Positions 10,628 to 20,318 of a stretch of 63,192 nt of DNA are shown one piece after another. The notes below the pieces were generated by a model, which saw only the letters and a program-made list of their open reading frames with translations, was not told where the DNA came from and ran no database searches. Source of the DNA: Sulfuricellaceae bacterium (GTDB lineage: Bacteria > Pseudomonadota > Gammaproteobacteria > Burkholderiales > UBA9220); assembly GCA_050177075.1 (NCBI GenBank), contig JBFXHL010000003.1, forward strand, positions 1 to 63,192, written 5' to 3'. A program made the translations under genes and the position numbers. Position 1 is the first letter of the stretch, and each line of letters opens with the position of its first letter.

Positions 10628-11701
10628 ATGGACGACCGCGTCTTCTGGATCGCCCTCGGATTGATTCCCGGCCTGGGAAGCGTCACCTACCGCCAGCTGC
10701 TGCAGGCCTTCGGCGAACCGGCGCGCATCTACGCCACCCCCCGCTCGCTCCTGGGCACCCTCGTCAAGTCCGACATTGCCCAGGCCATCGGCGCCGGTCC
10801 CGACGAAGCCAGCGTTCGGCCGGCCCTGGAATGGCTGAATCTTCCCGGCAATCACCTGGTCACCCTCGCCGACCCCGACTATCCCCGCCTGCTGCTTGAA
10901 ACCCCCGACCCCCCGCCTGTGCTCTACCTCAAAGGGCGCCGCGATCTGCTCAACGCCCCCAGCCTGGCCGTGGTCGGCAGTCGCAACGCCACCCCCCAGG
11001 GCTTGCGCAACGCGGAGAGTTTCGCCCATGCCCTGAGCGACAATGGTTACTGCATCGTCAGCGGCCTGGCGCTGGGCATCGATGCCGCCGCCCACCAAGG
11101 CGGCCTGGCGGGCAGGGGAAGCACCCTGGCCGTGGTCGGCACCGGCCTGGATATCGTCTACCCGGCCAAGAACCGCTCCCTGGCCCACCGCATTGCCGAG
11201 GAAGGGGCCCTGCTGTCCGAGTTTCCCCTCGGAACCTCGGCCTGGGCAGGGAATTTCCCCAAACGCAACCGCCTCATCAGCGGCCTGTCCCGCGGCTGCC
11301 TGGTAGTGGAGGCCGCCGCCCAGAGCGGTTCCCTCATCACGGCGCGTCTGGCGGCGGAGCAAGGGCGGGAGGTGTTCGCCATCCCCGGCTCGATCCACTC
11401 CCCCCTGGCCAAGGGCTGCCACCGCCTGATCAAGCAAGGCGCCAAGTTGGTGGAGTCCGCCCAGGACATTCTGGAAGAGCTGGGGGCCCCTCCTCCTTCC
11501 CCTGGCCCCGGGTCCCCTACCCCGAACAGGCCCGAGTTCGCTCCGCTCCTGCCCCATCTCGGGGACACTCCCGTTGACGTGGACACCCTGGCCCAGCGCA
11601 GCGGCTTGACGGCAGATAAGGTTTGCGCCATGCTTCTTCACATGGAGTTGGAAGGCGTGGTAGCCACCCTTCCCGGCGGTCTCTACCAGCGGCTGGCCTA
11701 G
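10628..11701 (+). CDS. dprA: DNA-processing protein DprA (Smf)
   Basis: 357 aa. VVGSRNATPQG...IVSGLALGIDAAAHQG...GNFPKRNRLISGLS motifs. Confidence 0.94.
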   Translation: MDDRVFWIALGLIPGLGSVTYRQLLQAFGEPARIYATPRSLLGTLVKSDIAQAIGAGPDEASVRPALEWLNLPGNHLVTLADPDYPRLLLETPDPPPVLYLKGRRDLLNAPSLAVVGSRNATPQGLRNAESFAHALSDNGYCIVSGLALGIDAAAHQGGLAGRGSTLAVVGTGLDIVYPAKNRSLAHRIAEEGALLSEFPLGTSAWAGNFPKRNRLISGLSRGCLVVEAAAQSGSLITARLAAEQGREVFAIPGSIHSPLAKGCHRLIKQGAKLVESAQDILEELGAPPPSPGPGSPTPNRPEFAPLLPHLGDTPVDVDTLAQRSGLTADKVCAMLLHMELEGVVATLPGGLYQRLA

Positions 11702-11736
11702 CTCCGGTGTTTTTGACCGTTTCCAAGGAATAATCC

Positions 11737-12195
11737 ATGTTCGATGTCCTCGTCTTCCTGTTCGAGAATTACTTTGAGGCCAACGTCCACCCTGATTTCG
11801 ACACCCTGGAAAAGGAACTCTCCGCCGCCGGTTTTGAAAGCAGCGAAATCAACCAGGCCTTTGACTGGCTGAACGGTCTCGACGATCTGGCCCAGGCCAC
11901 CTACCCGGAAACCCTGGTGGATAGCCGCTCCGTGCGCTGCTACGCCATGGCCGAGCTGGAAAAGATCAACACTGAGAGCCGCGGCATTTTGGCTTTCCTG
12001 GAAAGCTCCGGCGTCATCAACCCCCTCCAGCGAGAGTGGGTGCTGGACCGCCTGATGGCCCTCAACGAGGCCGAGGTTTCCCTCGACCAGGTGAAATGGA
12101 CTGTCCTCATGGTGCTGTGGAAGCAGGGCCGGGTGGACGAATCCCTGATCCTGGAAGACCTGCTGATGGACGAAGGCGAAGCCACTCTCCACTGA
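11737..12195 (+). CDS. smg: Smg protein (DUF494)
   Basis: 152 aa. MFDVLVFLFENYF... closely parallels E. coli Smg. dprA-smg-topA synteny. Confidence 0.9.
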   Translation: MFDVLVFLFENYFEANVHPDFDTLEKELSAAGFESSEINQAFDWLNGLDDLAQATYPETLVDSRSVRCYAMAELEKINTESRGILAFLESSGVINPLQREWVLDRLMALNEAEVSLDQVKWTVLMVLWKQGRVDESLILEDLLMDEGEATLH

Positions 12196-12269
12196 TAAAT
12201 CGGTCCGGGCTTGCTAAGCGCGGGGCAAGTTACTTATCATCACCCGCTTCGGAAACCCCGGCCACCCCC

Positions 12270-14567
12270 ATGTCCTCATCCCTGCTCATCGTCGAATCGC
12301 CTTCCAAGGCGAAAACCCTGAAGAAGTACCTCGGCGCCGATTTCGAGGTGCTCGCCTCCTACGGCCATGTCCGCGACCTGATCCCCAAGCAGGGTGCCGT
12401 GGACACCGAGCACGACTTCGCCATGAAGTACGAGGTGATCGACAAGAACGCCAAGCACGTGGACGCCATCGCCAAGGCGGTGAAAGAAGCCGACCGCGTA
12501 TTGCTGGCCACTGACCCGGACCGCGAAGGTGAGGCCATCGCCTGGCACATCGCCCAGATTCTCCAGGGCAAGAAGCTGCTCAAGGGCAAGGAACTCAAAC
12601 GGGTGGTGTTCCACGAAATCACCCAAAGCGCGGTGAAGGACGCCGTCGCCAACCCCCGGGACATCGCCATGGACCTGGTGAACGCCCAGCAGGCGCGCCG
12701 GGCCCTGGATTATCTGGTGGGCTTCAACCTGTCGCCCCTGCTGTGGCGCAAGGTGCGCCGCGGCCTCTCCGCCGGCCGGGTGCAGAGCCCAGCCCTGCGC
12801 CTGATCGTGGAGCGGGAACTGGAAATCGAAGCCTTCACGGCGCGGGAATACTGGACCGTCCACCTGGATAGCCACAAGGGCAAGCAGAAATTCCAGGGCA
12901 AGCTGTTCCAGTACCAGGGCAAGAAACTGGACCAGTTCGACATCGGCGACGCCGCCCGCAACGACGACATCGTCTCCTCCCTCCTGGCGGCCGCCGGCGG
13001 CCAGGCCAAGGTGGAAAAGGTGGAAAAGAAGCGCAAGCAGCGTTCTCCTTCCGCCCCCTTCACCACCTCCACCCTGCAGCAGGAAGCCGTGCGCAAGCTC
13101 GGCTTCTCCACCCGCAACGCCATGCGCATCGCCCAGCAGCTGTACGAAGGCGTGGCCATCGGCAGCGGCAGCGTCGGTCTCATCACCTACATGCGCACCG
13201 ACTCGGTGAACCTGGCGGACGAAGCCATCGCCGAGATTCGCGGTTACATCGGCGCCAACTTCGAGCCGGATTACCTGCCCAAGGCCCCGGTGCAGTACAA
13301 GAGCAAGTCCAAGAACGCCCAGGAGGCCCACGAGGCGATCCGCCCCACCTCCATCGCCCGTACCCCGGAAAGCGTCAAGGAATACCTCTCCGCCGAACAG
13401 TTCAAGCTCTACGAGATGATCTGGAAGCGCACCCTGGCGTGCCAAATGAGCCCGGCCAAGTTCGACACCGTGGCCCTGGACATCAGCGTCGGCGGTCCGG
13501 AAAACCTGTTCCGCGCCACCGGCCAGACCCTGGTCTTCCCCGGCTTCATCTCCGTCTATCTGGAAGACCAGGACGACTCCGACGAGGAGGGCGAAGCCAA
13601 GCTGCCGGTGCTGGAAGAGGGGGAGGTCCTCCCCGTGGACGCCCTCACCGGCGAACAGCACTTCACCCAGCCGCCCCCCCGCTATTCGGAAGCCAGCCTG
13701 GTGAAGACCCTGGAAGAGTACGGCATCGGCCGTCCCTCCACCTACGCCAGCATCATCTCCACCCTGCTGGACCGGGAATACGTGACCCTGGACAAGAAGC
13801 GCTTCCTCCCCACCGACGTGGGCCGGGTGGTGAACAAATTCCTCACCGAGCACTTCACCCAGTACGTGGACTACGACTTCACCGCCAAGCTGGAGGACGA
13901 GCTGGACCGGATTTCCACCGGCAAGATCCAGTGGGTGCCGGTGCTGGAGAAGTTCTGGAAGGGCTTCCACCACCAGGTGGAGGAAAAGAAGAACGTGGCG
14001 CGCAAGGACGTGACCCAGGAAAGCCTCGACGAAGCCTGCCCCAAGTGCGGCAAGCCCCTGGTCACCCGCCTCGGCAAGCGGGGGCGTTTCGTCGGCTGCT
14101 CGGGCTACCCGGAATGCGACTACACCCGCAACCTCAACGAGGACCCCAACACCCAGCAGGAAACCGTGGCGCCGGAAATCGTCGAGGGCCGCACCTGCCC
14201 CCAGTGCAACAGCCCCCTGGTGATCAAGTCCGGTCCCTACGGCAAGTTCATCGGCTGTTCCGGCTATCCCAAGTGCAAGTTCATCGAGCCCCTGGAAAAG
14301 CCCAAGGACACCGGCGTCGAATGCCCCGAATGCAAGAAAGGTAGCCTGATCGAGCGCAAGAGCCGCTTCGGCAAGCTGTTCTACTCCTGCAACACCTACC
14401 CCAAGTGCAAGTACGCGGTGTGGAATCCACCCATCAAGGAGCCCTGCCCCCAGTGCGGCTGGCCCATCCTGACCCTGAAGACCACCAAACGTAAGGGCAC
14501 GGAGAAGGTCTGCCCGCAGAAGGAATGCGGCTACGCCGCGCCGGCGGAAGGCGACGCCGGCTCCTGA
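12270..14567 (+). CDS. topA: DNA topoisomerase I with four C-terminal Cys4 zinc ribbons
   Basis: Start trimmed to MSSSLLIVESPSKAKTLKKYLG. TOPRIM and the active-site region ITYMRTDS are present. CPxC...C..C repeats occur four times. Confidence 0.96.
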   Translation: MSSSLLIVESPSKAKTLKKYLGADFEVLASYGHVRDLIPKQGAVDTEHDFAMKYEVIDKNAKHVDAIAKAVKEADRVLLATDPDREGEAIAWHIAQILQGKKLLKGKELKRVVFHEITQSAVKDAVANPRDIAMDLVNAQQARRALDYLVGFNLSPLLWRKVRRGLSAGRVQSPALRLIVERELEIEAFTAREYWTVHLDSHKGKQKFQGKLFQYQGKKLDQFDIGDAARNDDIVSSLLAAAGGQAKVEKVEKKRKQRSPSAPFTTSTLQQEAVRKLGFSTRNAMRIAQQLYEGVAIGSGSVGLITYMRTDSVNLADEAIAEIRGYIGANFEPDYLPKAPVQYKSKSKNAQEAHEAIRPTSIARTPESVKEYLSAEQFKLYEMIWKRTLACQMSPAKFDTVALDISVGGPENLFRATGQTLVFPGFISVYLEDQDDSDEEGEAKLPVLEEGEVLPVDALTGEQHFTQPPPRYSEASLVKTLEEYGIGRPSTYASIISTLLDREYVTLDKKRFLPTDVGRVVNKFLTEHFTQYVDYDFTAKLEDELDRISTGKIQWVPVLEKFWKGFHHQVEEKKNVARKDVTQESLDEACPKCGKPLVTRLGKRGRFVGCSGYPECDYTRNLNEDPNTQQETVAPEIVEGRTCPQCNSPLVIKSGPYGKFIGCSGYPKCKFIEPLEKPKDTGVECPECKKGSLIERKSRFGKLFYSCNTYPKCKYAVWNPPIKEPCPQCGWPILTLKTTKRKGTEKVCPQKECGYAAPAEGDAGS

Positions 14568-14588
14568 TACCGGCCCGCAGAAAGCGGG

Positions 14589-15479
14589 CTAGCGCCTTTT
14601 TCTCAACCCGCTCGGCGTTCTAGGCTGTTCCGCCGCCGTTCCAGCGTCCGAGACTCTTTTCCCGGATTGCTTCCGGGCTTCCTCGTACAAGGGCAGCACC
14701 GTCGGCATCAGGCTTTCGATCTGGCGCATGCGGGACTCGGGCGCCGGGTGGGTGCTGAGGAATTCCGGCATCCGGCCGCCGCCGTCGGCCTCCATCTTAC
14801 GCCACAGGGACAGAGCGGCGCGGGGATTGTAGCCGGCCCGGGCCATCAGCTCCAGCCCCACCCGGTCCGCCTCCGCTTCCTGCTCCCGGCTGTGGGGTAG
14901 GGTCAGGGCCACCTGGGTGATGCTCTGCATGATCGCCATCCGTTGGTCGTCCATTTTCGCCAGGGCGGCGATCCCCAGCATCACCATCTGTTGGCCGTAG
15001 GCCTCGGACAGGCGCTCCCGGCCATGCTCCCGTAGGGCATGGGCAATTTCGTGGCCCATCACCGCCGCCACCTCGTCGTCGCTGAGCTTCAGCTTGTACA
15101 AAATGCCCGTGTAGAACATGATCTTGCCGCCGGGGGCGCAGTAGGCGTTCACCTCGTCGCTGGTTTCCAGGTTCACCTCCCATTTCCAGCGCAGGGCATC
15201 GTCGCGGAACACGGCGGTCTGGGGGATGAGGCGCTGGGCGATGCCTCGCAGGCGGGCGAGCTGGGCCCCATCGGCGTTGAGCTTGCCCTTGGCGGCGGCG
15301 TCGCGCTTCTCCTGCATATAGGAAGCCGCCGCCATTTGCTCCGCCTGCTGTTGGGACAGCAGCATGTATTGCTGGCGCTGGACGCCGACAGCGCCGGAAC
15401 GGGTGGTCTGCACCGGAGTGCAGGCGGAAAGGAAAGCTCCTGCCGCAAACAGGGCCAGCCAGAATTTTTTCAGTCTCAT
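14589..15479 (-). CDS. M48-family metalloprotease lipoprotein
   Basis: Start trimmed to MRLKKFWLALFAAGAFLSAC (lipobox). HEIAHALREH zinc motif. Confidence 0.85.
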   Translation of the reverse strand: MRLKKFWLALFAAGAFLSACTPVQTTRSGAVGVQRQQYMLLSQQQAEQMAAASYMQEKRDAAAKGKLNADGAQLARLRGIAQRLIPQTAVFRDDALRWKWEVNLETSDEVNAYCAPGGKIMFYTGILYKLKLSDDEVAAVMGHEIAHALREHGRERLSEAYGQQMVMLGIAALAKMDDQRMAIMQSITQVALTLPHSREQEAEADRVGLELMARAGYNPRAALSLWRKMEADGGGRMPEFLSTHPAPESRMRQIESLMPTVLPLYEEARKQSGKRVSDAGTAAEQPRTPSGLRKRR

Positions 15480-15483
15480 CGCC

Positions 15484-15939
15484 TCATTTCTCCCGCCAGC
15501 GTAGCGCCGCCTTGTCGTCGGTTTCCCGGGCATCCACCCAGCGGCCGCCGGCGGGGGTTTCCTCCTTCTTCCAGAAAGGGGCCCGGGTCTTGAGATAATC
15601 CATAATGAATTCGCAGGCGGCGAAGGCCTCGCCCCGGTGGGCACTGGACACGGCCACCAGGACGATCTGGTCGCAGGGCCTGAGGGGGCCGACCCGGTGG
15701 ATCACCAGGGCGTCGAAAATATCCCATCGCCCCTTGGCTTCGGCGACGATTTCCTCCAGAGCTTTTTCCGTCATGCCGGGATAATGCTCCAGGGTCATCT
15801 CCCGTACCGCCGCCTCGTCGTTCACGTCCCGCACCAGGCCGAGAAAGCTCGCCACAGCACCGATCTTCGGATTATCGGCGCGGAAAGCGGCGATTTCCGC
15901 GCCGAAGTCGAAGTCCGCCTCCTGCACCCTTACCGCCAC
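15484..15939 (-). CDS. moaE: Molybdopterin synthase catalytic subunit MoaE
   Basis: 151 aa. MoaE-like sequence (LEHYPGMTEKAL, IVLVAVSSAHRGEAF, PFWKKE). Sits downstream of moaD. Confidence 0.92.
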   Translation of the reverse strand: MAVRVQEADFDFGAEIAAFRADNPKIGAVASFLGLVRDVNDEAAVREMTLEHYPGMTEKALEEIVAEAKGRWDIFDALVIHRVGPLRPCDQIVLVAVSSAHRGEAFAACEFIMDYLKTRAPFWKKEETPAGGRWVDARETDDKAALRWREK

Positions 15940-15940
15940 G

Positions 15941-16195
15941 TCAGCCTCCGGTCACGGGGGGAAAGAAGGCCACTTCGGCGCCATCGGGAAGAGGGGTATC
16001 GGGGCCGGCCATTTCCTGGTTGACCGCCACCCGCACCGGTTTGTCCGCGGCCAGTTCGGTGGCCCAATTCCCTCCCCGGTCCCGCAGCCAGTTGGCCAGT
16101 TGGCCGACGGTGGCCACGCCGGGAGGGAGGTCCAACCGCTCCCGGTCGGTGCCCAGGCTCTCGCGCAGGCGGGCGAAGTACAGCACGGTAATCAT
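15941..16195 (-). CDS. moaD: Molybdopterin synthase sulfur-carrier subunit MoaD
   Basis: Trimmed to the 84-aa MITVLYFARLRESLG...FFPPVTGG, which ends in the C-terminal GG. ATGA overlap with the moeA stop. Confidence 0.9.
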   Translation of the reverse strand: MITVLYFARLRESLGTDRERLDLPPGVATVGQLANWLRDRGGNWATELAADKPVRVAVNQEMAGPDTPLPDGAEVAFFPPVTGG

Positions 16196-17418
16196 GACAG
16201 CAACCCGGAAAAGGGGATGAATTTCACGCCCTGGCCCCGTTCGACGGTCTTCCCCTCGGGGAGTTCCACCAGGCCATTGGCCCAGGCGACGGAACTCAGG
16301 GCGCCGGAACTCTGGTTGGGGTACAGGGTGGCGACCGGCGCGCCGTCTTCGCCGATGTCCAGGCGGGCCCGGGCGAATTCTCGCCGATCGCCGGGCTTTT
16401 TCCACTCAAAGGCCGCCGGCAGGGTATAAGCGGCCGGCGCGACCTGCTGCACGCCCTGACAGCGCAGGAGAAAGGGACGCACGAAAAGGCAGAAGGTGAC
16501 GAAGGCGGACACCGGATTGCCAGGCAGGCCGAGGAAGAAGGCCCCGTCCAGTTCACCGAAGGCCAGGGGCTTGCCCGGTTTCATGGCCACCTTCCACATG
16601 GTCAGCTTGCCGATGCTTTCCACCGCCGCCTTGACGTGATCCTCCTCCCCCACCGACACGCCGCCGCTGGTGATCACCGCGTCGGCCTGCCGGGCCCCCT
16701 GTCGCAACACGTCCACCGTGGCGTCAAAGCGGTCCGGCACGATGCCGAGATCGACCACCTCGCAGCCCAATCCCTGCAAAAGGCCGCGCAGAGTGAAGCG
16801 GTTGGAATTGTAGATCTGCCCCGGCTTGAGGGGCTCCCCGGGCATGACGATTTCGTCGCCGGTGAAAAAGGCCGCCACCTTGAGCCGGCGCGCAACCTTC
16901 AGGCGGGCATGGCCTGCCGCGGCCGCAAGACCCTGGTGCTGGGGGCCGAGGCGCGTCCCAGCAAGCAGGACCGTAGCGCCGGCGGCAAAATCCTCCCCCG
17001 CCCTGCGAACGTTCGCCCCGACCTTGGGCACCCGTTGCACGGTTACCCGGCCGTCCGCCTCGGTGCAATGCTCCTGCATCACCACCGCATCGGCTCCCGG
17101 GGGTACCGGGGCACCGGTAAAGATGCGCGCCGCCGTCCCCTGGGCCAGGGGCTGGCCGACGTGGCCGGCGGGAATGCGCTGCGATACCGGCAAGGTGGTC
17201 TCCCCCTCCGGGTCCAGGTCCGCCAGGCGGACCGCGTAGCCGTCCATGGCGCTGTTGTCCAAGGGGGGCGCGCTTACCGTCGCCGCCACGTTTTCCGCCA
17301 ATACGCGGCCCAAGGCCTCTTCCACCGCGACCTCCTCCGTCCCCTCCACCGCCTTGGCGCGCGCCAACAACCAAGCCAGGGCTTCGTCCGCCGTCATCAT
17401 GGAATCATCCTCATGCAA
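16192..17418 (-). CDS. moeA: Molybdopterin molybdenumtransferase MoeA (start may be 17400)
   Basis: 408 aa. MoeA N-terminal, MoCF-biosynthesis and C-terminal domains (ITSGGVSVGEEDHVK, VAMKPGKPLAFG). Confidence 0.93.
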   Translation of the reverse strand: MHEDDSMMTADEALAWLLARAKAVEGTEEVAVEEALGRVLAENVAATVSAPPLDNSAMDGYAVRLADLDPEGETTLPVSQRIPAGHVGQPLAQGTAARIFTGAPVPPGADAVVMQEHCTEADGRVTVQRVPKVGANVRRAGEDFAAGATVLLAGTRLGPQHQGLAAAAGHARLKVARRLKVAAFFTGDEIVMPGEPLKPGQIYNSNRFTLRGLLQGLGCEVVDLGIVPDRFDATVDVLRQGARQADAVITSGGVSVGEEDHVKAAVESIGKLTMWKVAMKPGKPLAFGELDGAFFLGLPGNPVSAFVTFCLFVRPFLLRCQGVQQVAPAAYTLPAAFEWKKPGDRREFARARLDIGEDGAPVATLYPNQSSGALSSVAWANGLVELPEGKTVERGQGVKFIPFSGLLS

Positions 17419-17905
17419 ATCCTGTTTGTTTCAAAATAAAAGCCGCAATTTCCTCGGCTGCGTTCAAATCGAACTGGGGCAGCGGGGTTGCCAGCGGCTC
17501 GTCGGTGGCGATGCCGACAACCCAGCGGTCCTGGGGATGGAGCAGCGGTTTGTCGCTGGCCCGCCGGTGCACCTCCAGCTTCGGAATCGGGTCGCGCTTA
17601 AAGCCCTCCACCAAGACGAGGTCGCAGGGGGAAAGGGTTTTTACCAATTCGGCCAAGCCGGGCTCCGCCTCCTGCCGCAACTCATGCATCAACACCCAGC
17701 GCCTGGACGACGCCAGCATCACTTCCCGGCAACCCGCCTCGCGAAAGCGGAAGCTGTCCTTCCCCGGCTGATCGAGGTCGACATCGTGGTGGGTTTGCTT
17801 GATCAGGGATACACGCCTGCCCCCTGCCGTAAGAAGGGGCAATACTTTTTCAATCAGGGTGGTTTTGCCGCTACCGCTATAACCCGCGATGCCGAAAACC
17901 CTCAT
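17411..17905 (-). CDS. mobB: Molybdopterin-guanine dinucleotide biosynthesis adaptor MobB
   Basis: 164 aa. P-loop GYSGSGKTTLIEKV. Confidence 0.9.
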   Translation of the reverse strand: MRVFGIAGYSGSGKTTLIEKVLPLLTAGGRRVSLIKQTHHDVDLDQPGKDSFRFREAGCREVMLASSRRWVLMHELRQEAEPGLAELVKTLSPCDLVLVEGFKRDPIPKLEVHRRASDKPLLHPQDRWVVGIATDEPLATPLPQFDLNAAEEIAAFILKQTGFA

Positions 17906-17957
17906 CTTTTAATCCATCCGTTTCAGTCAACAATAATGCCCCAGGGCCACCCTGGAA

Positions 17958-19985
17958 TCAAGGCTCCGTTTCTGATGCCTGGAGCCTGGGATAGCGGCAG
18001 TATTCCACCAGCCGTTGGGTTTCCTCGCTGGGCGGCGGGGTAAGAAGACTGGCCGCGATCACCCCTATAAAACCGGCCGGGACGCCGAATATTCCCGCGG
18101 CTATGTCACGGATGCCGAACCATGGCGTCATGCCGTAGAAGCGCACTCCAACCAGGTAGAACAAGGTCACGCCCAAGCCTAAAACCATGCCAGCAACCGC
18201 GCCGGCCCAGTTGGCCCGCTTCCAAAACACCCCCAAAGCCAGGACCGGGAACAATGCTGCCCCGGCGATGGAAAAGGCCCAGGCCACCATGGAAAGGAGG
18301 GTATCGGGCCGCAGGGAGGCGACAAAAGCCGCCACCAGCGCCGCCACCAGCAGCAATGCCTTGGAAAGGAAAATCCGCAGGGGGGTAGAGGCCTCGGGGT
18401 GGACCATCTGGAAATAAACGTCGTGGGACAACGCGCTGGCGATCACCAACAGCAGCGCATCGGCCGTGGAAAGGGCCGCCGCCAACCCCCCGGCGGCAAC
18501 CAAACCGGACACCACGTAGGGCAAACCGGCGATCTCGGGGGCGGCAAGAACAATAATGTCCGGGTTGATGCTGATTTCCGCCAGTTGCAGGATCCCGTCG
18601 TGGTTGATGTCATTGATCTTCACCCCCCAGGCGGCCATCCAGCTCGGAAGATCGCCGATGCTGGTGCCAATCAGCTTGGTGTAGACCTCGAACTTAACCA
18701 GCACGGCCAAGGCCGGCGCTGCCGAATAGAGTAGGAAAATAAAAAAGAGGGTCCAGAACACCGATTCCCGCGCCTCCCGCACCGAGGGCGTGGTGTAATA
18801 CCGCATCAGGATGTGGGGCAAGCCGGCGGTGCCGATCATCAAGCACGCCGCCAGCGCAAGAAAGTTACGCCGCGCATTGTCACGGCTGGCTTCGGTCTTA
18901 CCGGCAAAGGGGTCGGCATGGGGAGAGGGCGGGCGGGCACCTGCGCGGGCCTCCTCCAGTTCCATGCCCCACCTCTGACGCGCTTCCATCTCCGTGCGCG
19001 GCAAATGACTGAGAAAATTTTCCGCCTCTGCGATCTCCCCGGCTTTCGCCGGGCGTTCTGCGCGCAGCTTAGCCAGGCGGACTTCGGCCTGCCGGCGTTC
19101 GGTTTCCAGCGAGGCGGGCAGCGTCCTGATCTTGGCCGCCAGCCTGTCGGCCTTTTGCGCATACAGCCGCAGCGCCTCTTTCTGGGCAGGATCGTTGAAG
19201 ATTTCCCGCTCCCGTTCCGTCACCTTTTCCAGCACCTCGCCGTATACCAGCTGGGGTATGGGGATTTCGGTGATGCGCTGGGACAGCATGACCACGGGCA
19301 CCAGGTAGGCGATGATCAAGATCACGTACTGGGCCACCTGGGTCCAGGTAATGGCCTTCGCCCCGCCGAGAAAGGAGCAGACCAGGATGCCCAACACCCC
19401 CACGTAAACGCCGGTGGTGAAATCGATCCCCAGGAAGCGGCTGCTGATCAGCCCTACGCCATAAATTTGCGCCACGACGTAGATGAAGGAAGCCAAAATC
19501 GCCGCCAGCACACCGATCATGCGCGGCAGATTGCCGCCATAGCGGGCGCCGAGAAAATCGGGAATGGTGAACTGCCCGAACTTGCGCAGGAAGGGCGCGA
19601 GAAACAGCGCCACCAGCACATAACCGCCGGTCCACCCCATGACGAAAGCCAAGCCATCGTAGCCCGAGAGATAGAGGGTGCCGGCCATGCCGATGAACGT
19701 CGCGGCGCTCATCCAGTCGGCGCCGCTGGCCATGCCGTTGAATATGGCCGGCACGCGGCGCCCGGCGACGTAATATTCGGAAATGTCCGCGGTACGGCTC
19801 AAGACGCCGATGGTGGTATACAGGCCGAGGGTGGCGACCATGAAGATATAGCCGATCCAGGCGTTGGGCATCCCCATCTGCTCGGCGATGGCCAGCAGAA
19901 TGATGAAGGTGATGAACCCCCCCGTGTAGAGGCCGTAATAGCGGGAAAGACTACGGAAATATTGCTTGTTCTTGCGTGCGCCCAT
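17958..19985 (-). CDS. Sodium:solute symporter family, large subunit of the two-subunit (VC_2705-type) symporter
   Basis: Trimmed to MGARKNKQYFRS... (ATG 19985), which makes an ATGA overlap with the DUF4212 stop. Multi-TM SSF protein with motifs GRRVPAIFNGMASGADWMSAATFIG and GTAGLPHILMRYYT. Carries a charged insert (see findings). Confidence 0.88.
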   Translation of the reverse strand: MGARKNKQYFRSLSRYYGLYTGGFITFIILLAIAEQMGMPNAWIGYIFMVATLGLYTTIGVLSRTADISEYYVAGRRVPAIFNGMASGADWMSAATFIGMAGTLYLSGYDGLAFVMGWTGGYVLVALFLAPFLRKFGQFTIPDFLGARYGGNLPRMIGVLAAILASFIYVVAQIYGVGLISSRFLGIDFTTGVYVGVLGILVCSFLGGAKAITWTQVAQYVILIIAYLVPVVMLSQRITEIPIPQLVYGEVLEKVTEREREIFNDPAQKEALRLYAQKADRLAAKIRTLPASLETERRQAEVRLAKLRAERPAKAGEIAEAENFLSHLPRTEMEARQRWGMELEEARAGARPPSPHADPFAGKTEASRDNARRNFLALAACLMIGTAGLPHILMRYYTTPSVREARESVFWTLFFIFLLYSAAPALAVLVKFEVYTKLIGTSIGDLPSWMAAWGVKINDINHDGILQLAEISINPDIIVLAAPEIAGLPYVVSGLVAAGGLAAALSTADALLLVIASALSHDVYFQMVHPEASTPLRIFLSKALLLVAALVAAFVASLRPDTLLSMVAWAFSIAGAALFPVLALGVFWKRANWAGAVAGMVLGLGVTLFYLVGVRFYGMTPWFGIRDIAAGIFGVPAGFIGVIAASLLTPPPSEETQRLVEYCRYPRLQASETEP

Positions 19986-20242
19986 CACTCTTCCGCGACC
20001 CCGCATTCCTTGTCCAGACGGCTCATATAGCGGGCGTAGAACCACACCAGGACCACATAAATCAGCAGGGAACCCTGTGCCGCCATGAAAAACCCGAGGG
20101 GAAAACCAAGAAAGCTGAAGCGGTTCAGGTCCGCGGCGTAGTAGACCACCACGAAAGTGGCAACGAACCACACGGCGACCAGCACGGCCGTGATGCGCAA
20201 GGTCTTGCGCCAATATGTCTGCAGGAGCCTGGTTTTCGGCAT
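19985..20242 (-). CDS. DUF4212 small subunit of the solute:sodium symporter
   Basis: 85 aa with two TM helices, MPKTRLLQTYWRKTLRITAVLVAVWFVATF...GFPLGFFMAAQGSLLIYVVLVWFYARYM. Immediately upstream of the SSS gene and translationally coupled to it. Confidence 0.85.
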   Translation of the reverse strand: MPKTRLLQTYWRKTLRITAVLVAVWFVATFVVVYYAADLNRFSFLGFPLGFFMAAQGSLLIYVVLVWFYARYMSRLDKECGVAEE

Positions 20243-20318
20243 GGAGCCCTTCGGTTGTCTGTGTGCCGCCGGTTCACGTGCCGGTCAGCAGGTTGGCTAT
20301 ATTGTACCGCTCCTGCTT

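Noticed and set aside
12276-13973. 565-aa ORF antisense to topA. Similar long track ORFs occur at 44..1009+, 1722..3182+, 5950..7173+, 7163..8332+, 10544..11641-, 23059..24375+, 29479..31293+, 31565..32533-, 36140..37279+, 38092..39270+ and 53337..54878+.
   Set aside because: These are typical GC-rich antisense or out-of-frame ORFs. Their translations are Gly/Arg/Ala/Pro/His-rich and low in complexity, with no recognisable motifs. Each is fully overlapped by a gene with an unmistakable conserved-family translation.
14573-14589. GC hairpins at convergent gene ends: GCCCGC-AGAAA-GCGGGC between topA and the M48 protease, and CCCCTT-GGGATA-AAGGGG at 37850-37867 between cyaY and argH.
   Set aside because: The stems are short and there is no U-tract on either strand. 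The evidence is not enough to call intrinsic terminators.
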